From assembly GCA_002633005.1 (NCBI GenBank), contig NMRA01000288.1, positions 491,906 to 551,184 on the forward strand: 59,279 nt of DNA, in the 5' to 3' direction. This DNA comes from Phoronis australis (Eukaryota; Animalia; Phoronida). Positions 36,468 to 49,649 of this stretch are shown in pieces. Under the pieces are notes generated by a model that was not told the origin of the DNA, did no database searches, and saw only the letters and a program-made list of their open reading frames with translations. Position numbers and translations under genes: made by a program. Every line of letters begins with the position of its first letter. The stretch's first letter is position 1.

Positions 36468-37521
36468 CTAACAAAAGGTGCGAGTAAATTTGTTTGATTT
36501 ACAGATTATTCCATAGAACATGGTAGTAGGGAGCCGGCCGTTGTGACATGGATGGAAGGAAAACATTTCTCGTAAAAACGAGTAAACAAGTCGTTCCCGG
36601 GAGTTACTAACTTGAGGGAACGAGATTATAAGGCGAGGGAAAGAGTTGCGTAGTTCAAAGGAACGAGATGTTACGTCCTAGGAACGAGTCATTAGCTTTC
36701 CCTTTTGGATGCGTTTAGTCGGGGTCTTATACAAAAACTTTATGCCCGTCTCATTATATTCAAGTTTCTTGAGTTAAAATAAGTTAGTGCCTTGAATTCA
36801 AATCCTATTATATAGTGCTTCAGTTTCTAGCACAACTTATGCTTTCCATGGTCCACCACCCGGGGGAACTCTCTAGTGGGTGTTTTGCCCTCTCGGGTAT
36901 CGTCTCGGGTGGCTAGTTTGCGACTTCCTGGCATCGTCCCAGGTAAGTGAACGGCGGCACCTCCTTCCAATCACGTGGAAGAGATCATTCTCCCATAACC
37001 ACGAATGCTTATGGGAGGGAAATATGAAAAGCGGGATTAACTTATCGCTGTCTAGTTATCACAGTCACGTATTCCGTTACGATCAAAATTAGCGCAATCG
37101 CCCAAGACCAGTTTCCTGTGACTTGTGGTTTCAATGCAGTGACAGGACTACTACTACTTTGAACTCGCCGCATCAATACAAGAAACTCATTAACTGCGGG
37201 TGGATTTTTTGTTTGAAGACCGTTCTTCATTGATTTTTGTGCTAGAAACGTATGTGGCAACAAATATTTGAACGTGGTTGCTGTGTTGTTCACCGGCAAC
37301 CCTCACACACAGGCTAGATGTTGTATATTGCCGTTTGCAAGCCATTGTGCGCTTGGCCGTAGTATTCACAAAATCCGCGCACTAACATGCCTGCAAAGAT
37401 CCTAACTATGCACCTCGCCATCCACACCAGTGGTGAACTACGCCTTTGACTGGAATTCGTTGGCACTACCCCCTCACCATCAACGCCCCAGTGATTCTCG
37501 GCGCTTGAATATTCAAGACCG

Positions 37522-37921
37522 GGGCCCGGTCTCTAATCTTTGTACTCGAAACGAACTCGAAACTATTTTGGCAATTTCTCTGCTCCTTTTGTGCTAACTT
37601 AAGATAATTGGTTATCAGACTGTGCTCGAATACATTATAGTTTATGCATAGGAGTTTCTAGTTCAAGTTTGCCCTTGAAGGGCCTTATATTCGTGCTACA
37701 AACTTCAGTAAAAACTCGAAATTTCGAGTTCAAACTCGAACTTATTGCTTTGATATTGGGTTTACAAACTGTGAACTAAGGGTAATAAATTATCTACGTA
37801 AGTTATTGTGTACTCGAGCATAGAATAATAGACACTTATCTTGAGTTCGCCCAAAAGTAGAGTAGAAAATGCCAAATCTGATTTCGAGTTCCGTTTCGAG
37901 TAAAAAGATTGGAGACCGGGC
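37522..37921. mobile_element. MITE, PIF/Harbinger-like, with TIRs of about 40 bp
   Basis: GGCCCGGTCTCTAATCTTTGTACTCGAAACG versus CGTTTCGAGTAAAAAGATTGGAGACCGGGCC. Confidence 0.7.
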
Positions 37922-38514
37922 CAGGGTATAAAGTTACTCATCGTACACCTAGAGCATCCGGGTATTCACTGAATCACGGTATGAATGTTGCCAATCGAGT
38001 ACCTGTAGGTAGGGCACCGTGCCCGGTGGACTCTTCCGCTACACCGGAGCTAATTAACTTTTAGTAACCTCCGGCATTAAGTCGAGACCGGCGCTTATTT
38101 AAGACCGGATGCTTAATCGAGTCAAGGCATACGGTGTCCCGCTACAAACACATACATGGGAGGTAATTGTTTAGACATGTATTTTCGTATTAGACATATC
38201 TCGTGGCAAAGGCAACAATATATGTTACGTGCGACAATATATTTCAAATCCTATGATGCATGGCCTCGAGTTCGCGCCATCTATTATGTCTTGAGAATGA
38301 GACAATGGAATTCGTGGAAACGAGATTCTAAGTGGTGGGAACAAGTTAGTTACTTTATTATTTCATGTCACTTCGGACGGCTCCGTATGACGGTAAAAAA
38401 TACGGAGTTGGAAAGGCGTTTGATAAAAACCTTCCAGTGGGCATGTTTGACTATTTTCAAGCTCCACAGATCTACTTGATCAGCAGGCACAATTACACCA
38501 ACGTGATCACCTAC

Positions 38515-38796
38515 CTGTTTGAGAATGACAAGATGAACCGATGCTGGTTTTGGACTGTCCGCCGTGCTCAAATTTGCTGTATAGAGTGAGGCTAACATTT
38601 TTGGCGTATCCAGGCCCTTTCAATTCGAGCAGTAAGTCGTATTTTCCAACTTCGACAGGGGATTTCTGGCTGTGACTGAGAGAAGAAGGATACTCAACCA
38701 GATAAGAAGTGACGTCCCCTTGGGCGGGAGGGTCCCAGGCGATCCACACCAAGTCGGGGGCCGTACTGAACTGGCTGTATGTAGGAGGCATCGGAA
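38515..38796 (-). CDS. Gene B FN3 exon; VPMPPTYSQFSTAPDLVWIAWDPPAQGDVTSYLVEY...
   Basis: ttacAG acceptor and GTAGGT donor; 282 nt, phase 1-1. Confidence 0.85.
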
Positions 38797-39344
38797 CTGT
38801 AATATATTTTAATCCAGTTATTTTTTTTGAAAATGTATCACAGTAATGTCTCAGTAAAATATTTTACTGTATGTCAATATCTTGTGTCGAGTATTTATTT
38901 TTATGTGAATCGTATGGTGATTTTTTATTTCGTGAATATTTCGTACATTCGAGAACCCATAACAACAAATATGTGGTTATAGACTGTATTATTTTTAAGC
39001 CATCTTTTCTGAATATCAATAATCAGATAACTACAACTGACGACGAAACTTTGACTCAACAGGCCCGTCTTGAAATACTACAGCACCAATCTTGTTCTAA
39101 GGTATTTACCCGTAATGCAGCACCTTATCAGGCAACTGTGCTGTTTCTTCACGTGCAAGCTAGTAGCTATCTTTTGTTTTAATTATTGCGTCATTCAAAA
39201 TTGTAATGCAGGGAAACTTTGCGTTGCAATGCTGGCACCTAAACCTTGCCAAAAGGGTAAATATCAGTGTTGTTTGTGCTCGTTTAAGCGTGTTAACGTC
39301 CTTCTTGAGACGGCAACTCCTTTACAAACTCAGTCTCTTCGTAT

Positions 39345-41009
39345 AGACCTAATTCACGCCGACTGGAGGCGCGTTCCAAAACGAGGCTCGCTACGATAGC
39401 TTTATTGGCTTAGTGGGCATATTTTGTATTCGGCCGCGTTGCTCGAACAAATCATTGCTCGAACGGCTAGAAAAATTACGGACACTCAACTATCTATTTT
39501 ACAATCTCTAAGGACGTTGAGATTTGGAAGCGTTGGTCGTTGCCATACACCGCGACGAGGGAAAATATGCCCGTGTAAAATTTATAAATGTTTTCGAATT
39601 TTGTTGCATCTCGCTCGTTCAGTGCAGAGCATCATATAGCAACGACAGGTCAATCATCGGCCGGCCAGCTAGGCTGTGTTTTTATGACTACGGGTTCATG
39701 TTTTTAGGTGCGTCAGCCCCACTTTCTGGTGCGGCCGGTCCATTTGATCCCCGTAGATCCTGTTTTGTGGCGAGTCAGTCTGATTTAAAGGACCGGCGGT
39801 CATGTTTTGAGTCCGGCAGTCATGTGGTTTCGCACCCGTGGGTTGAAAAGTGATGCATTTTTCTTTCCTAAAAGCCGAGACAGTCGCCTCAACTGAATCC
39901 CTCGATTTTGGGGCCGAGTATTGGCCCTATTCCCATCTCAAAAACATTGAAAAATAACGCGATATTCCTCCCACAAAGCCTAAAAATTCCCCTAGTGATT
40001 GAAAAATTCTCTCTTTCTTCGGAAGTTCAAATCACCTGTAACCACACAGGTGACAATTCGAAAGGGCACAAAATGCTACTACGAGAGCTTGCAATAGGGC
40101 GGAGTGCTATTGATGGTGATAGGGACTCGGTAGGTAGATTTTCCCCTCACTGGGTGAAAAATTTCCCAGCCTCATAAGAATTGAGGCACAGACACCTTAG
40201 TTCCCCTCGGATGAACGAGGCCCCTGAAGAAAGATGATAACTATGCTTGCTCTGTCCAGTTAACTGAAATTGAACTCTAAAACGAGGTTATGCTTTGGAC
40301 AAACTGGTGTTTTAATTTAAAAATTCCACTTGGTTCAGATTGATGTTTGAAATGTAACACATGAAATAGACGTAAGAATTACTAAAACCAAGAAAGCAGA
40401 ATTGATGGTCAAGTAATTTTTATTTTCAATTACGAGCCCTGTTTTTTTTTATTTTAATAAAAATATATTTAACAACATCAATGTCAAATCAACTATTAGT
40501 CCCGGTATAGTCCCTACCTCACCAGGACCTAGGCTATGCTTGATGTTAATATTCTTGATCGGTGATAAATTAAACCAGATGTGACTAATTGCACATGACA
40601 GCCACCACTGTCGAATATATCTTCAACTCGTCAAGAATACGAGCAGATGACCTGGTTCGAGTAGAAAGCATTTTTATCAACAATTTACAAGAAGAAATGT
40701 AACCCTGCATTCAGCATAACCTAACCCGTAACTAAGATCGCCGCAATTTGGTCATATTTACTTTTCATGTTTAGAACCTAGTTTTCCGAAAAAATATACC
40801 CTTTCGTCAGACAACTCATTGGTGCATTAACTTTGTCTCTAATGTATTTCTCTACGTCTCTGTGGTTAATTGTCGACACATTTTTAAGATTTAATATCCA
40901 GGTTGGACTCGAAAGACCGGCCATTTAACTCACGCAATGTCAACTTCCGCTTTGTTTACCGCAGTGCGCTTCGCTTTGGATTTTAATGTCCGCCGCGTGA
41001 ATTAGGTCT
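39345..41009. mobile_element. Non-autonomous TIR element, ISL2EU-like (AT TSD)
   Basis: Perfect 18-bp inverted repeat GTATAGACCTAATTCACG (39341-39358) / CGTGAATTAGGTCTATAC (40996-41013); no coding capacity seen. Confidence 0.65.
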
Positions 41010-41249
41010 ATACTGCGCTGGTGTTAAATGATTCAAAGTTTATCCTACATTGTACATATTGTACACTTGTCTCTGTATTATACTGTTTGAAGGATACTTA
41101 AAATAAAGCATTGCGTACATGGTAACAACAAATTAACAAACAAGTGACGTTTTATGCAATTCGTTACAACCTTTTTCAAATGAAAAATTACGACACGTTC
41201 CTTTTCGCAGTGCTCTCATCTGGTGAACTAAGTCATTATTAATTGTATA

Positions 41250-41975
41250 AAACAGGTAGAGGTAACCACTGCAAAAGCTCATTCCGAAAACAAAATGATG
41301 CTACAGTGGTCTAATTCGCCCGAAAATTTAATGGATTCGCCGAATTGTGTCAACTTTCATTGCAGTCCTTCACTCGGTTCTCTATATCATTCAGAAAGTT
41401 AACGCTCTCATACAAAATGGACACTAGGAGGCACTGCAGAAGTCGAACCCGTCCGAAAATCAAATGGTGCCGGTACTATCTCTTCATGTAATATACCTGT
41501 GTGTCAAATTTCAATGAAATCTCTCCATTGGCTCTCAATATATATCTTCCGGAAACACTCTTCCCCCAAACAACACTTCAAAAGCCCACGCCGAATACAA
41601 AATGGCCACTGGAGGTGCTACAGTGGTCAAATCAGCCCGAAAATTCAATGGTGCTGCCGCACTATTACAAACATCTGAGTCACCTTTCATTGAAATCCTT
41701 CACTCGGTCCTCTATATATCATCCGGAAACGCTACGATAGTCAAATCCGACGAAAATTTAGTGGTTGCGCCTCATTTCTTTCACACACGTTTGTGTCAAG
41801 TTTCATTGAAATCTGTCAATCCGTTTTCCACATATCATCCGGAAACGCTCTCATACAAAATGACCATTAGGAGACACTGCAGTAGTCGAATCTGGCCTAA
41901 AATCAAATGGTGTACCCAGACGGAATGGGACAGTGCATCCCCCACCGATTTCAACCTTCTCCTCGGTTGCGCTCA
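41250..41975 (+). repeat. Repeat with diverged tandem subunits of about 120-190 bp, possibly a Helentron-type non-autonomous element
   Basis: Recurrent aaaatgg(a/c)cact(a/g)gaggcactgcag...ccgaaaat(t/c)aatgg and ccttcactcgg..ctctatatcat blocks. Confidence 0.55.
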
Positions 41976-42684
41976 GTGTCACTGACCACTCTCCACCCCA
42001 GTCACTACTCATTTCAGATTCCACCAGGCACGGATCCAGTAGGTCCAGACCCCTTTGTAGAATTTAGGGTGTCATAAAGGGCGAATTTCCAAACAAAAAG
42101 GTCTGGACGCTCTTTGGATGTTGCAGAAGGACAATTTTTGGTAAATGTAGCGTTTTTGGCTGGTGCCATAAACAGACCTATTCTATATCCATTACTTCCC
42201 AGAACCCCCTCCGTGAACAAAATCCTTCAGGACTTGTACCCCACCCTCCAATCGCCCACTTCCACTCGGTCCCCACCAATTAGTCACTCTCACCCCACTT
42301 TCGATGTATTTCCGGTAAATTTCAATTGCTTTGCTGCCCTAATTTGTTCTCGATTTTCTCGACTTTTTGCTCAAGACATGTGTATTTTTGTCAATGCACC
42401 GCTACGGTCCAGGAAACAATGATGGCAGCGGGCAATCTGATTAGCCTTCTTCTCGAGTCGTCTTGACGTAAAGTAACGACACCTGTCAGGGGAGTTAACT
42501 CACGTGACTTCTGCAAATAAGGGAAGTCAATACAGACAGCAACTTCTGTGTACTATAGACTTCCACGAAGATGGGACGGCAGTGTGTTTTCCTATCTCCA
42601 CCACAGAGCAGAATTCAAAACCATAATGACCTTATTCATGTATGTACTACAGAAGCGTATTAACATGCAATAAATGCGTTTTAC

Positions 42685-42957
42685 CTGTAACAGCATCTAC
42701 CTCCTTCGATCTTACACTTTCGAATCCATGAAGAACGGTTTCAACTGTCACTCGATAAACCGTTCCAGGCGTGCATTTACGACACTCTCCACTATTTCCT
42801 CGACCGCCATTGGAAACCACGGCATTCAAGCTCCGTCCATTTTCATCCTCACAGTGCAAGTTATACTGTCCCCAATTTCCCTGAGCATCTGTCCATGTCA
42901 CAAAAACTGAGCCGGTGGTGGTGTTGGACGCGTCAACGCCCGTTACCTTTGCTAGGG
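42685..42957 (-). CDS. Gene B FN3 exon; ALAKVTGVDASNTTTGSVFVTWTDAQGNWGQY...CTPGTVYRVTVET
   Basis: cactcAG acceptor and GTAAAA donor; 273 nt, phase 1-1; about 95% identical to 57910-58182. Confidence 0.9.
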
Positions 42958-43027
42958 CTGAGTGGACAACAGATTTAAAGTTAAACGTGCATCAAAAACA
43001 AAAAGTATACAAAACATCCTTAATTCC

Positions 43028-44123
43028 AATAGTATAGAAGATAACCATTTACTTAGAGACGGTTCAGGTTAGACGCAAACGTTTCGGCCTGGTCCGCCAG
43101 GCCTTTTTCGATGAGTGAGGGGTTTCCCGCCTTTCGTTGATTAAGTACGTTCGAATACACGGGAGGTAAGTGTAGACCTCGGTCTTGGTTCAAGAGAAGA
43201 CACTGAGTGCTGATATTATTTTATGAATTCTGTCTAATTTCTGGTGTTCTTTGAATCTGGTTATGAACGATTAATCCAATGTAGGTATGGTTCGGATCCT
43301 GGTCACATTTCAGCTGGTAAATGACACCACATTGTTTTTCCATCGGGGTTAGGTCTTTGGGTCTGACTAGTAAGGATCGAAGAGTTGATGGGTTTCATGT
43401 ATGAAGAAATTTTGTGGGTTCTGTAAGTGTGCTGTAGGCGTTCAGACACTCCTTTTATATATGGGATGGCGACAGAGGGACCATCGAGTTTTTCAGAAAT
43501 TAGACAGACCCACAGCTGTGGGGGAACACATATTGGCGACTGGACATTCTATCTCACTTGAATCCTCTAAGATCTTAGCCAAAGAACAGAATTGGTATGC
43601 TCGCAAGTTAAAAGAAATCATAAATATCAGCGCCCTCTCTTGAACCCGGACCGAGGTCTACACTTACCTCCCGTGTATTTGAACATACTTAATCAGCGAA
43701 AGGCGGGAAACCCTCACACATCGAAAAAGGCCTGGCGGATCAGGCCGNGGCGACAGAGGGACCATCGAGTTTTTCAGAAATTAGACAGACCCACAGCTGT
43801 GGGGGAACACATATTGGCGACTGGACATTCTATCTCACTTGAGTCCTCTAAGATCTTAGCCAAAGAACAGAATTGGTATGCTCGCAAGTTAAAAGAAATC
43901 ATAAATATCAGCGCCCTCTCTTGAACCCGGACCGAGGTCTACACTTACCTCCCGTGTATTTGAACATACTTAATCAGCGAAAGGCGGGAAACCCTCACAC
44001 ATCGAAAAAGGCCTGGCGGATCAGGCCGAAACGTCTGCGTCTAACCTGAACCGTCTCTAAGTAAGTGATTATCTTCTATTGCAATGTCTCTAGAGACCAA
44101 TGACCAAATTATTCTCCAGAATT
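43028..44123. mobile_element. Penelope-like insertion with inverted ends
   Basis: On -: IPYIKGVSERL...GVIYQLKCDQDPNHTYIG. On +: AVGEHILATGH..ILAKEQNWYARKLKE. About 43035-43195 is an inverted copy of about 43918-44080. CTTAATTCC flanks it at 43019-43027 and 44124-44132, and the paralogous intron near 58240 has no insertion. Confidence 0.88.
43997..44040 (+). ncRNA. Hammerhead-like motif with UCGAAAA core; inverted copy at 43073-43116 (-)
   Basis: acaca UCGAAAA a GGCCUG gcggau CAGGCC GAAA CG UC ugcgu. Confidence 0.55.
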
Positions 44124-45354
44124 CTTAATTCCCCCAGTTTCGGTAATTAGAATGAAGATTACAGAGTGGAAGAATAGTTTTGACTGTCATACTGCATAGC
44201 ATATGTGAAAAGTACATTGGCAAGGAATTAATGAGATATTACGTTCAGTCCAAAGAGAAAAGGACTGAGTTAGTGAGAACTGGATTGTTATGAGAGAAGA
44301 ATTGTAGCTGGTAGGAAAAGGTTTGCTTTAATGAGAAAATGCTGTTGTGAGACCCGGGTGAGCTAAGTCAGAAACCAGCGCCAATCACGAGCGCAGATTT
44401 TGCTCTCTATTTGGAAAGTTCTACCTTCGCACTTGTTTCAAAACATACCTGGATTTTAACATAATCATCCGCTGTTTTGTTCACTTCTCCTTGACAAAAG
44501 TTTGCAATCCCAAATTAAATAAATGTATCGTTTAAAAAGCTACTTCCAAAAACGACTTATTCTTCTATTTCCTCTCGTGCTATAAGGAACCCTCAAAAAT
44601 AACTCTAGTTCCAAATGTCATACACGTACATGTACAATCTAGATCAGTAGGCTAACTGTTGACGTTTTTTTCTCAAATCATAACATCAACTTCACGTTTG
44701 AGGTTCTGTTGATACAACGGCGTGAGTTTCAAGACATTTGATGGAAGATGTTGATATTTCCGCATACAATGCCGATTTCTTTCATCCCCAGACTTTCTCG
44801 GTGTTCGTTAGCACACGGTACTGTATTTCTGTTCATAGGCCTTCTAGATACCACAGGTATTGTTAAAAATATATGTAAGCTCACTTACTAGTTCAAACGT
44901 TTCAACCGACAGTTAAATAACGCCAGAGAAGGTAGGCAACCCTTGGGATACAAGTTTGCCTAAAGTTAACAAATCGAAACAGTACGTGTGGTATGGTGGA
45001 ATAGATTCGTCATCGTCTCCTGAAACCATGTTAGAAATAAATGCAAGCACACTTACTGCGGGACGGATTTGAGCGTTTCTGAATCAGCCGACAACAATCG
45101 GCTTTCGTCAGCGATTAAGGCGCCCGTGGCGCTTATGTTATTAAATACATGGGTGGTAAGTAGACACCTTGTACCCAGGCTTAATTACATTCTCCGGCAT
45201 ATGCCCTTAAATAGATATTTACAGCCACGTTACTTGTCTAGGGTAAACTGTTACGGAGGAAGATTGCCAGACCTGTACTATCAGGTGGCAAAAACAGTTT
45301 GGACGAAATCGTCAGAACAGGGTTTAGTATTTTTGCATTGTAAATAACGTGTAC

Positions 45355-45624
45355 CTGTTTTTGCCTGGTACTCGTGAGACTTGACGTTCACGGTGTTCCC
45401 AACCTTTGTCACCACCGTAACGTTGAATTGCGTGCCTGGCACTAGGCCTGTGCATTCTCCGTACATGTCGGCCTTACTGTAGCGAGCGACAACATCCGCT
45501 TGGTTGTAGGTTGTGCAGTGGATTTCATACTCGCCAGCTAGAGGCGGCACGTTCCCCCACGTCACCTTAATGGTGGTGGCACTTGTTCCGTTTATCAAAG
45601 ACAAATTTCCCATTATTACCGGTC
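45355..45624 (-). CDS. Gene B FN3 exon; GPVIMGNLSLINGTSATTIKVTWGN...GLVPGTQFNVTVVT
   Basis: tttcAG acceptor and GTACAC donor; 270 nt, phase 1-1. Confidence 0.9.
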
Positions 45625-47333
45625 CTGAAATTCCGGAAATTTATGTTCTTGGTTCGACTTTGAGCCAAATTTCAAAAGCTAATGTAGGTCTACGGCAGGA
45701 ATATCAGGCGTACAGGTCATATGATACATATGCAATACATTACTCTCAAGTATTAAAGCAGTTAACTACTTTGAGTTTAGTACCGCCTAAACGCCATTTT
45801 GTAGTATCTTGGCTTTCCTCCGAAGCCCTTTATGAAAAAAACACTACCTTTATATTTTGTAGATTTAATGTCAAGTACCCACTTCTTACAATTACTTAAC
45901 AACAACGGAGCTGCTGTTGTAGTCTATATGCTGTGCCTACAGCATACAATAAGGAATTACATTGGGAAGTATTCGGAAAAGAATACACCCTGACAGTTTC
46001 TGTTGTGGTGACCTGCATATCTCGCTGTTTACCTGGCGAAAATCAAGTAAGGGTTTTCATTCTCATAACATCGGTCTCATCAATATTTCCTTTGCTGTGA
46101 CAAACTTCACAGGCAATGCATACATGCGCTATTTTCGAAGTCGGATTGGCCAACTCCAAAAAACTTATAGCGTTTTCTCGAGTCGTTGATGGCTTAGAAA
46201 CCACCGATGTTCTTGTTTGTTACATAATAGAAACCTACAACGGTAAGGAATATTGTGAGAGCGATTTTATGAGAGTAAATGTGCAAATTCAATTTTCGTA
46301 GTTTAGCTGGTCGAACAGGGCAAAATGCAACTTTAAATATAGTATAAACAAGAACGGTCTGAGTGCACAACCTTTTCAAATACCAATTAAAAATTGGAAT
46401 AGATCAGTTAAGCCGACTGCTGTTTGAACACGATATTATGATTTTTATAAATAGATACAACACCTTGGTATCAAGTTTCTGTCAGTTCATCACAAGACCA
46501 AAATCACTTCTCGTCTGAGTAAGGAACAAGTCAAGACCAATTTTATAGTGGTAATGGAAAAAGACAAGTTTTATTTTCTTCGACAGAACGCGGGATTATC
46601 GCCGCTTTAATACTTTCATGCTACATTTTCCAATTCAGTCAACTCTGACATGAAACAAATCCGCATGAACTTGAATTCAAGTGTGCAAATTGTGTGTAAA
46701 CCAACCCTGAATTTCGTTCTGATACTCTGAAAGGTTCGGCATTTTACTTTCTCAGCGGCACATCCCATCAAAACCTATAGTCCAGTGGCCGCGGTTAAAA
46801 ACAAAACCTATTTCTGAGTCACGTTACGTTTCTACATTTACTCAGTTTTGGTCTCGAAAGAGTATCGACATCAAATTGGCAGTATCCATATCGTATTGGT
46901 ATCTTACCGATTTTTTAATAATAGTACTCAACCCTTGTTCTACGGATTTTCTAGGATGTGTTTTGACCACTGTTTCACTGAAACGTTTTTCACAAAGTGC
47001 CAGACCACCAAACTGTTGAAAGCAACGGTATATCCACGATACCAAATTTTCCATCCCCTTCTCAGATTACGTTCAAAGTGGTAGTGTGCTCAATTCACCG
47101 CAAGTCCGCCGACAAGATTAGGCACTCCGGTTAAATATTCCATAGCCAAATGATAGTGGAAAAGCTACGTCCATCCAATTTGACAGCATTTGATTTATTT
47201 TAGTTTCCCTGGCCGGGTGGTGTGGCGCCCCTTGCCGTGGATGACGTTTTTTAAGCCTCTCTGCCATCTGCAAGACAAGCCTACATATCTCCCACCAGAA
47301 ATGGCGCTCCTAGTGTGATTGAAAAAAACTGAC

Positions 47334-47594
47334 CTGTTACAACCCCCACTTCGTCGGTCTTAACACTTTCGAACCCTTTAAGGACGGTCTCAACGGCCAC
47401 GCGATAGTACCTTCCTGATACGCAGCCATAACACCTCCCGCTGTTACCATTAACCTCCGACTCCATGCGATTTCCGTTCTCGTCTAGACAGACCATATTG
47501 TACTTCTCCCAGTTGCCTTGTGCATGAGTCCAGTTTACCCAAATATCGCTGGATGTCGTGTTAACCAGTTTCACACGTGTTACTTTTGCAAGAG
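47334..47594 (-). CDS. Gene B FN3 exon; ALAKVTRVKLVNTTSSDIWVNWTHAQGNWEKY...CVSGRYYRVAVET
   Basis: ttaccAG acceptor and GTCAGT donor; 261 nt, phase 1-1; older paralog of the 42.8 kb and 58.0 kb exons. Confidence 0.9.
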
Positions 47595-47964
47595 CTGGTA
47601 AGCAAGCAAAACACACTGGTAGTTAAAAGACTTGCTGCGAGTTTTCCCAACTAATTAAGGAAACTGGAACACAATCGCCATCTTGCAGCTAAACACGAGT
47701 AAGGTATATAACCCTACGTGTGGAAAACCAGCCTGTGGTCTTGTATACCTAAGGTGGATTCCCACTCTGCAGTAACATAGCGTCAAGGGAAGTGGGACAA
47801 AAATTTAGCATGCTTTTCATCTTGCAAAAGGTCTATTGGCCCTGCAGTAAGACGCATTACATATTAAAAAGCAAATGTTTTACTATTTTGCAAGTGAAAG
47901 TCAACATCGTGTGGTAATCAACAGGGATCACTTTCGTGACACTTTCATCTGCGCCCAGTAAAAC

Positions 47965-48287
47965 AGAGGGAGGGTGAGGGAGGGACGGAGGGAGGGAGGG
48001 AGACAGGGATGTTGACTGAGAGAGAGGGGGAGAGAGATGGAGGGAGACCCAAGGGAGAGACGAGCAGTGGCAGGGGGTGAAGAGGGACGAATGGGTGACG
48101 GAGAAAGATAACGCAGGAGGTAGGGAAGGAGGGAAGGGACAGACGGACGGAGGGGAGAGGGCAGACGGTAGGGGAGAACAGGAGAAGGCAGACGCTAGGG
48201 GAGAACAGGAGAGGGCAGACGGTAGGGGAGAACAGGGTAGGAAGAAAGAGAAAGAGAGAGGAGGCCACGAACGGAGGAAGGAGGGAA
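47965..48287 (+). repeat. Purine-rich (GA/GGA) low-complexity tract with a 30-bp unit repeated three times
   Basis: gagagggcagacggtaggggagaacag repeated within a strongly G/A-skewed tract. Confidence 0.8.
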
Positions 48288-48628
48288 TGTAGTTATCAAT
48301 TGGGAGACTGTTTTTAAAATCGGAAAAGAACCTGCGCATTAATTTTTTAAAATGTTTTACTGGTCTGGCGTGAAGCACACGTAAAATGTTCTGTTAGTCT
48401 GGCGAAAAGACTCACAGCCCTTTCCAGTGCCTGCGCTCACTTGTTTCTGGGAAATTGCCCCGAGGGTAAGATAATCCGGCGCATGCGGTAATGCAATCAA
48501 TAATTGATCCGGAGCAACCTGACCATAAATTTCTAATTGCCTGTAATTTTCGAGGTACTGAAACTTGCGCCTGATTAGCGTGTTGCCAGAAGAACACAGA
48601 ATTCAGGTGAATCAATCAAACATCTTAC

Positions 48629-48925
48629 CTGTGCTGTTGTTAATGACCACCGTGGCGCTTCTCTTTGAGCTCTTTAAGGCGTCACTCTTAAATTCATTAT
48701 AAATCGCTATTTTGAACTTTGTTCCCGGTACGCCTTCAAAATGAGCATTGGTCCCTTGGCTTTTCTGAAGAGTCATAGATGCTGGTGCAGTTACTCCACG
48801 AATCTCTTCCTGCATAAACGTCAAGTGAGTGTGGGTGTAACCGCCTTTGAACGGTTGCTTCCATTCAACAACTACGCCAGTACTATTCACGAAATTGATG
48901 GCGACACTTTTCGGTGGCAAAGGTA
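48629..48925 (-). CDS. Gene B FN3 exon; VPLPPKSVAINFVNSTGVVVEWKQPFKGGYTH...VPGTKFKIAIY
   Basis: attgcAG acceptor and GTAAGA donor; 297 nt, phase 1-1. Confidence 0.88.
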
Positions 48926-49373
48926 CTGCAATGATACAATTGTTTTTCCATAGTCTACAACTGCAAGTTACACATGCTAAACCCGAGCCCAAGATATTAA
49001 TTTCTGACAGAGAAAGGATTCACAAATGAGGGTATGCAACTGTTCATAAAGTCGCTAAAATCTATGGTCTGATGTCAAAAACAATTTTCTTCTCATGCGC
49101 ACGAGAACGTCCAAAGCAGCCTCATCGCGTTCGTCTCCTTCGTTTGCGGAATAAAAAAATTTCAGCGTGCAATTTTCTTGGTTGCCTTACTGTTTCGGTG
49201 TCGAAACTAATCCAACAACACTGAGTAAATTTATGAGTCTTCCAAGAAGCAATGGCGAATTGCTAGTTAGTTCGTCTAACACGAAAGATGAGGACAGCAG
49301 GGGTCTTGCAGTAGTACTGCATATTAAGGGCGTTTCTGAGGCGCTGAGTAGAGTGCACAGAAACTATGGGATC

Positions 49374-49649
49374 CAGGGGCAGATCCAGGATTTTGAGTTG
49401 GGGGGGCCAGGGCACGGGAATAACCAAAATTTCGATAAAATGTGGGGACGCAGAGACCTCAAAGGTTTGGGGTTGCGGACCTGTTGACTAAAAAAACGGT
49501 AAACGGGGTTTGTTCAGTTTGTTCAGGGCCTATACGTTTTTTATTTACCCCCGATGATCCCCTGCTTGCGCGCACCCGAACTCTCAAATGGTATCTGATA
49601 GAATTTTAGGGGAGCATGGCCCCCTTGCCCCCCACTAAATCCGCCACTG
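49374..49649. mobile_element. MITE (hAT5-like) with 5-bp TSD
   Basis: CAGGGGCAGATCCAG...ATCCGCCACTG; GGATC on both sides; same family as 13211-13374. Confidence 0.75.

Noticed and set aside
36565-36700. Regularly spaced GGAACGAG units of about 21 bp (similar periodic tracts near 2390-2525) resembling a CRISPR array
   Set aside because: Short degenerate subrepeats typical of eukaryotic MITE interiors; no identical repeats with unique spacers and no cas genes
43468-44028. Apparent 280-bp tandem repeat within the Penelope insertion, resembling tandem pLTRs
   Set aside because: The copies join exactly at a single N (43748), so this is most likely an assembly overlap
47857-48378. 173-aa Pro/Ser/Leu-rich ORF and overlapping ORFs
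   Set aside because: Translation of a low-complexity purine tract
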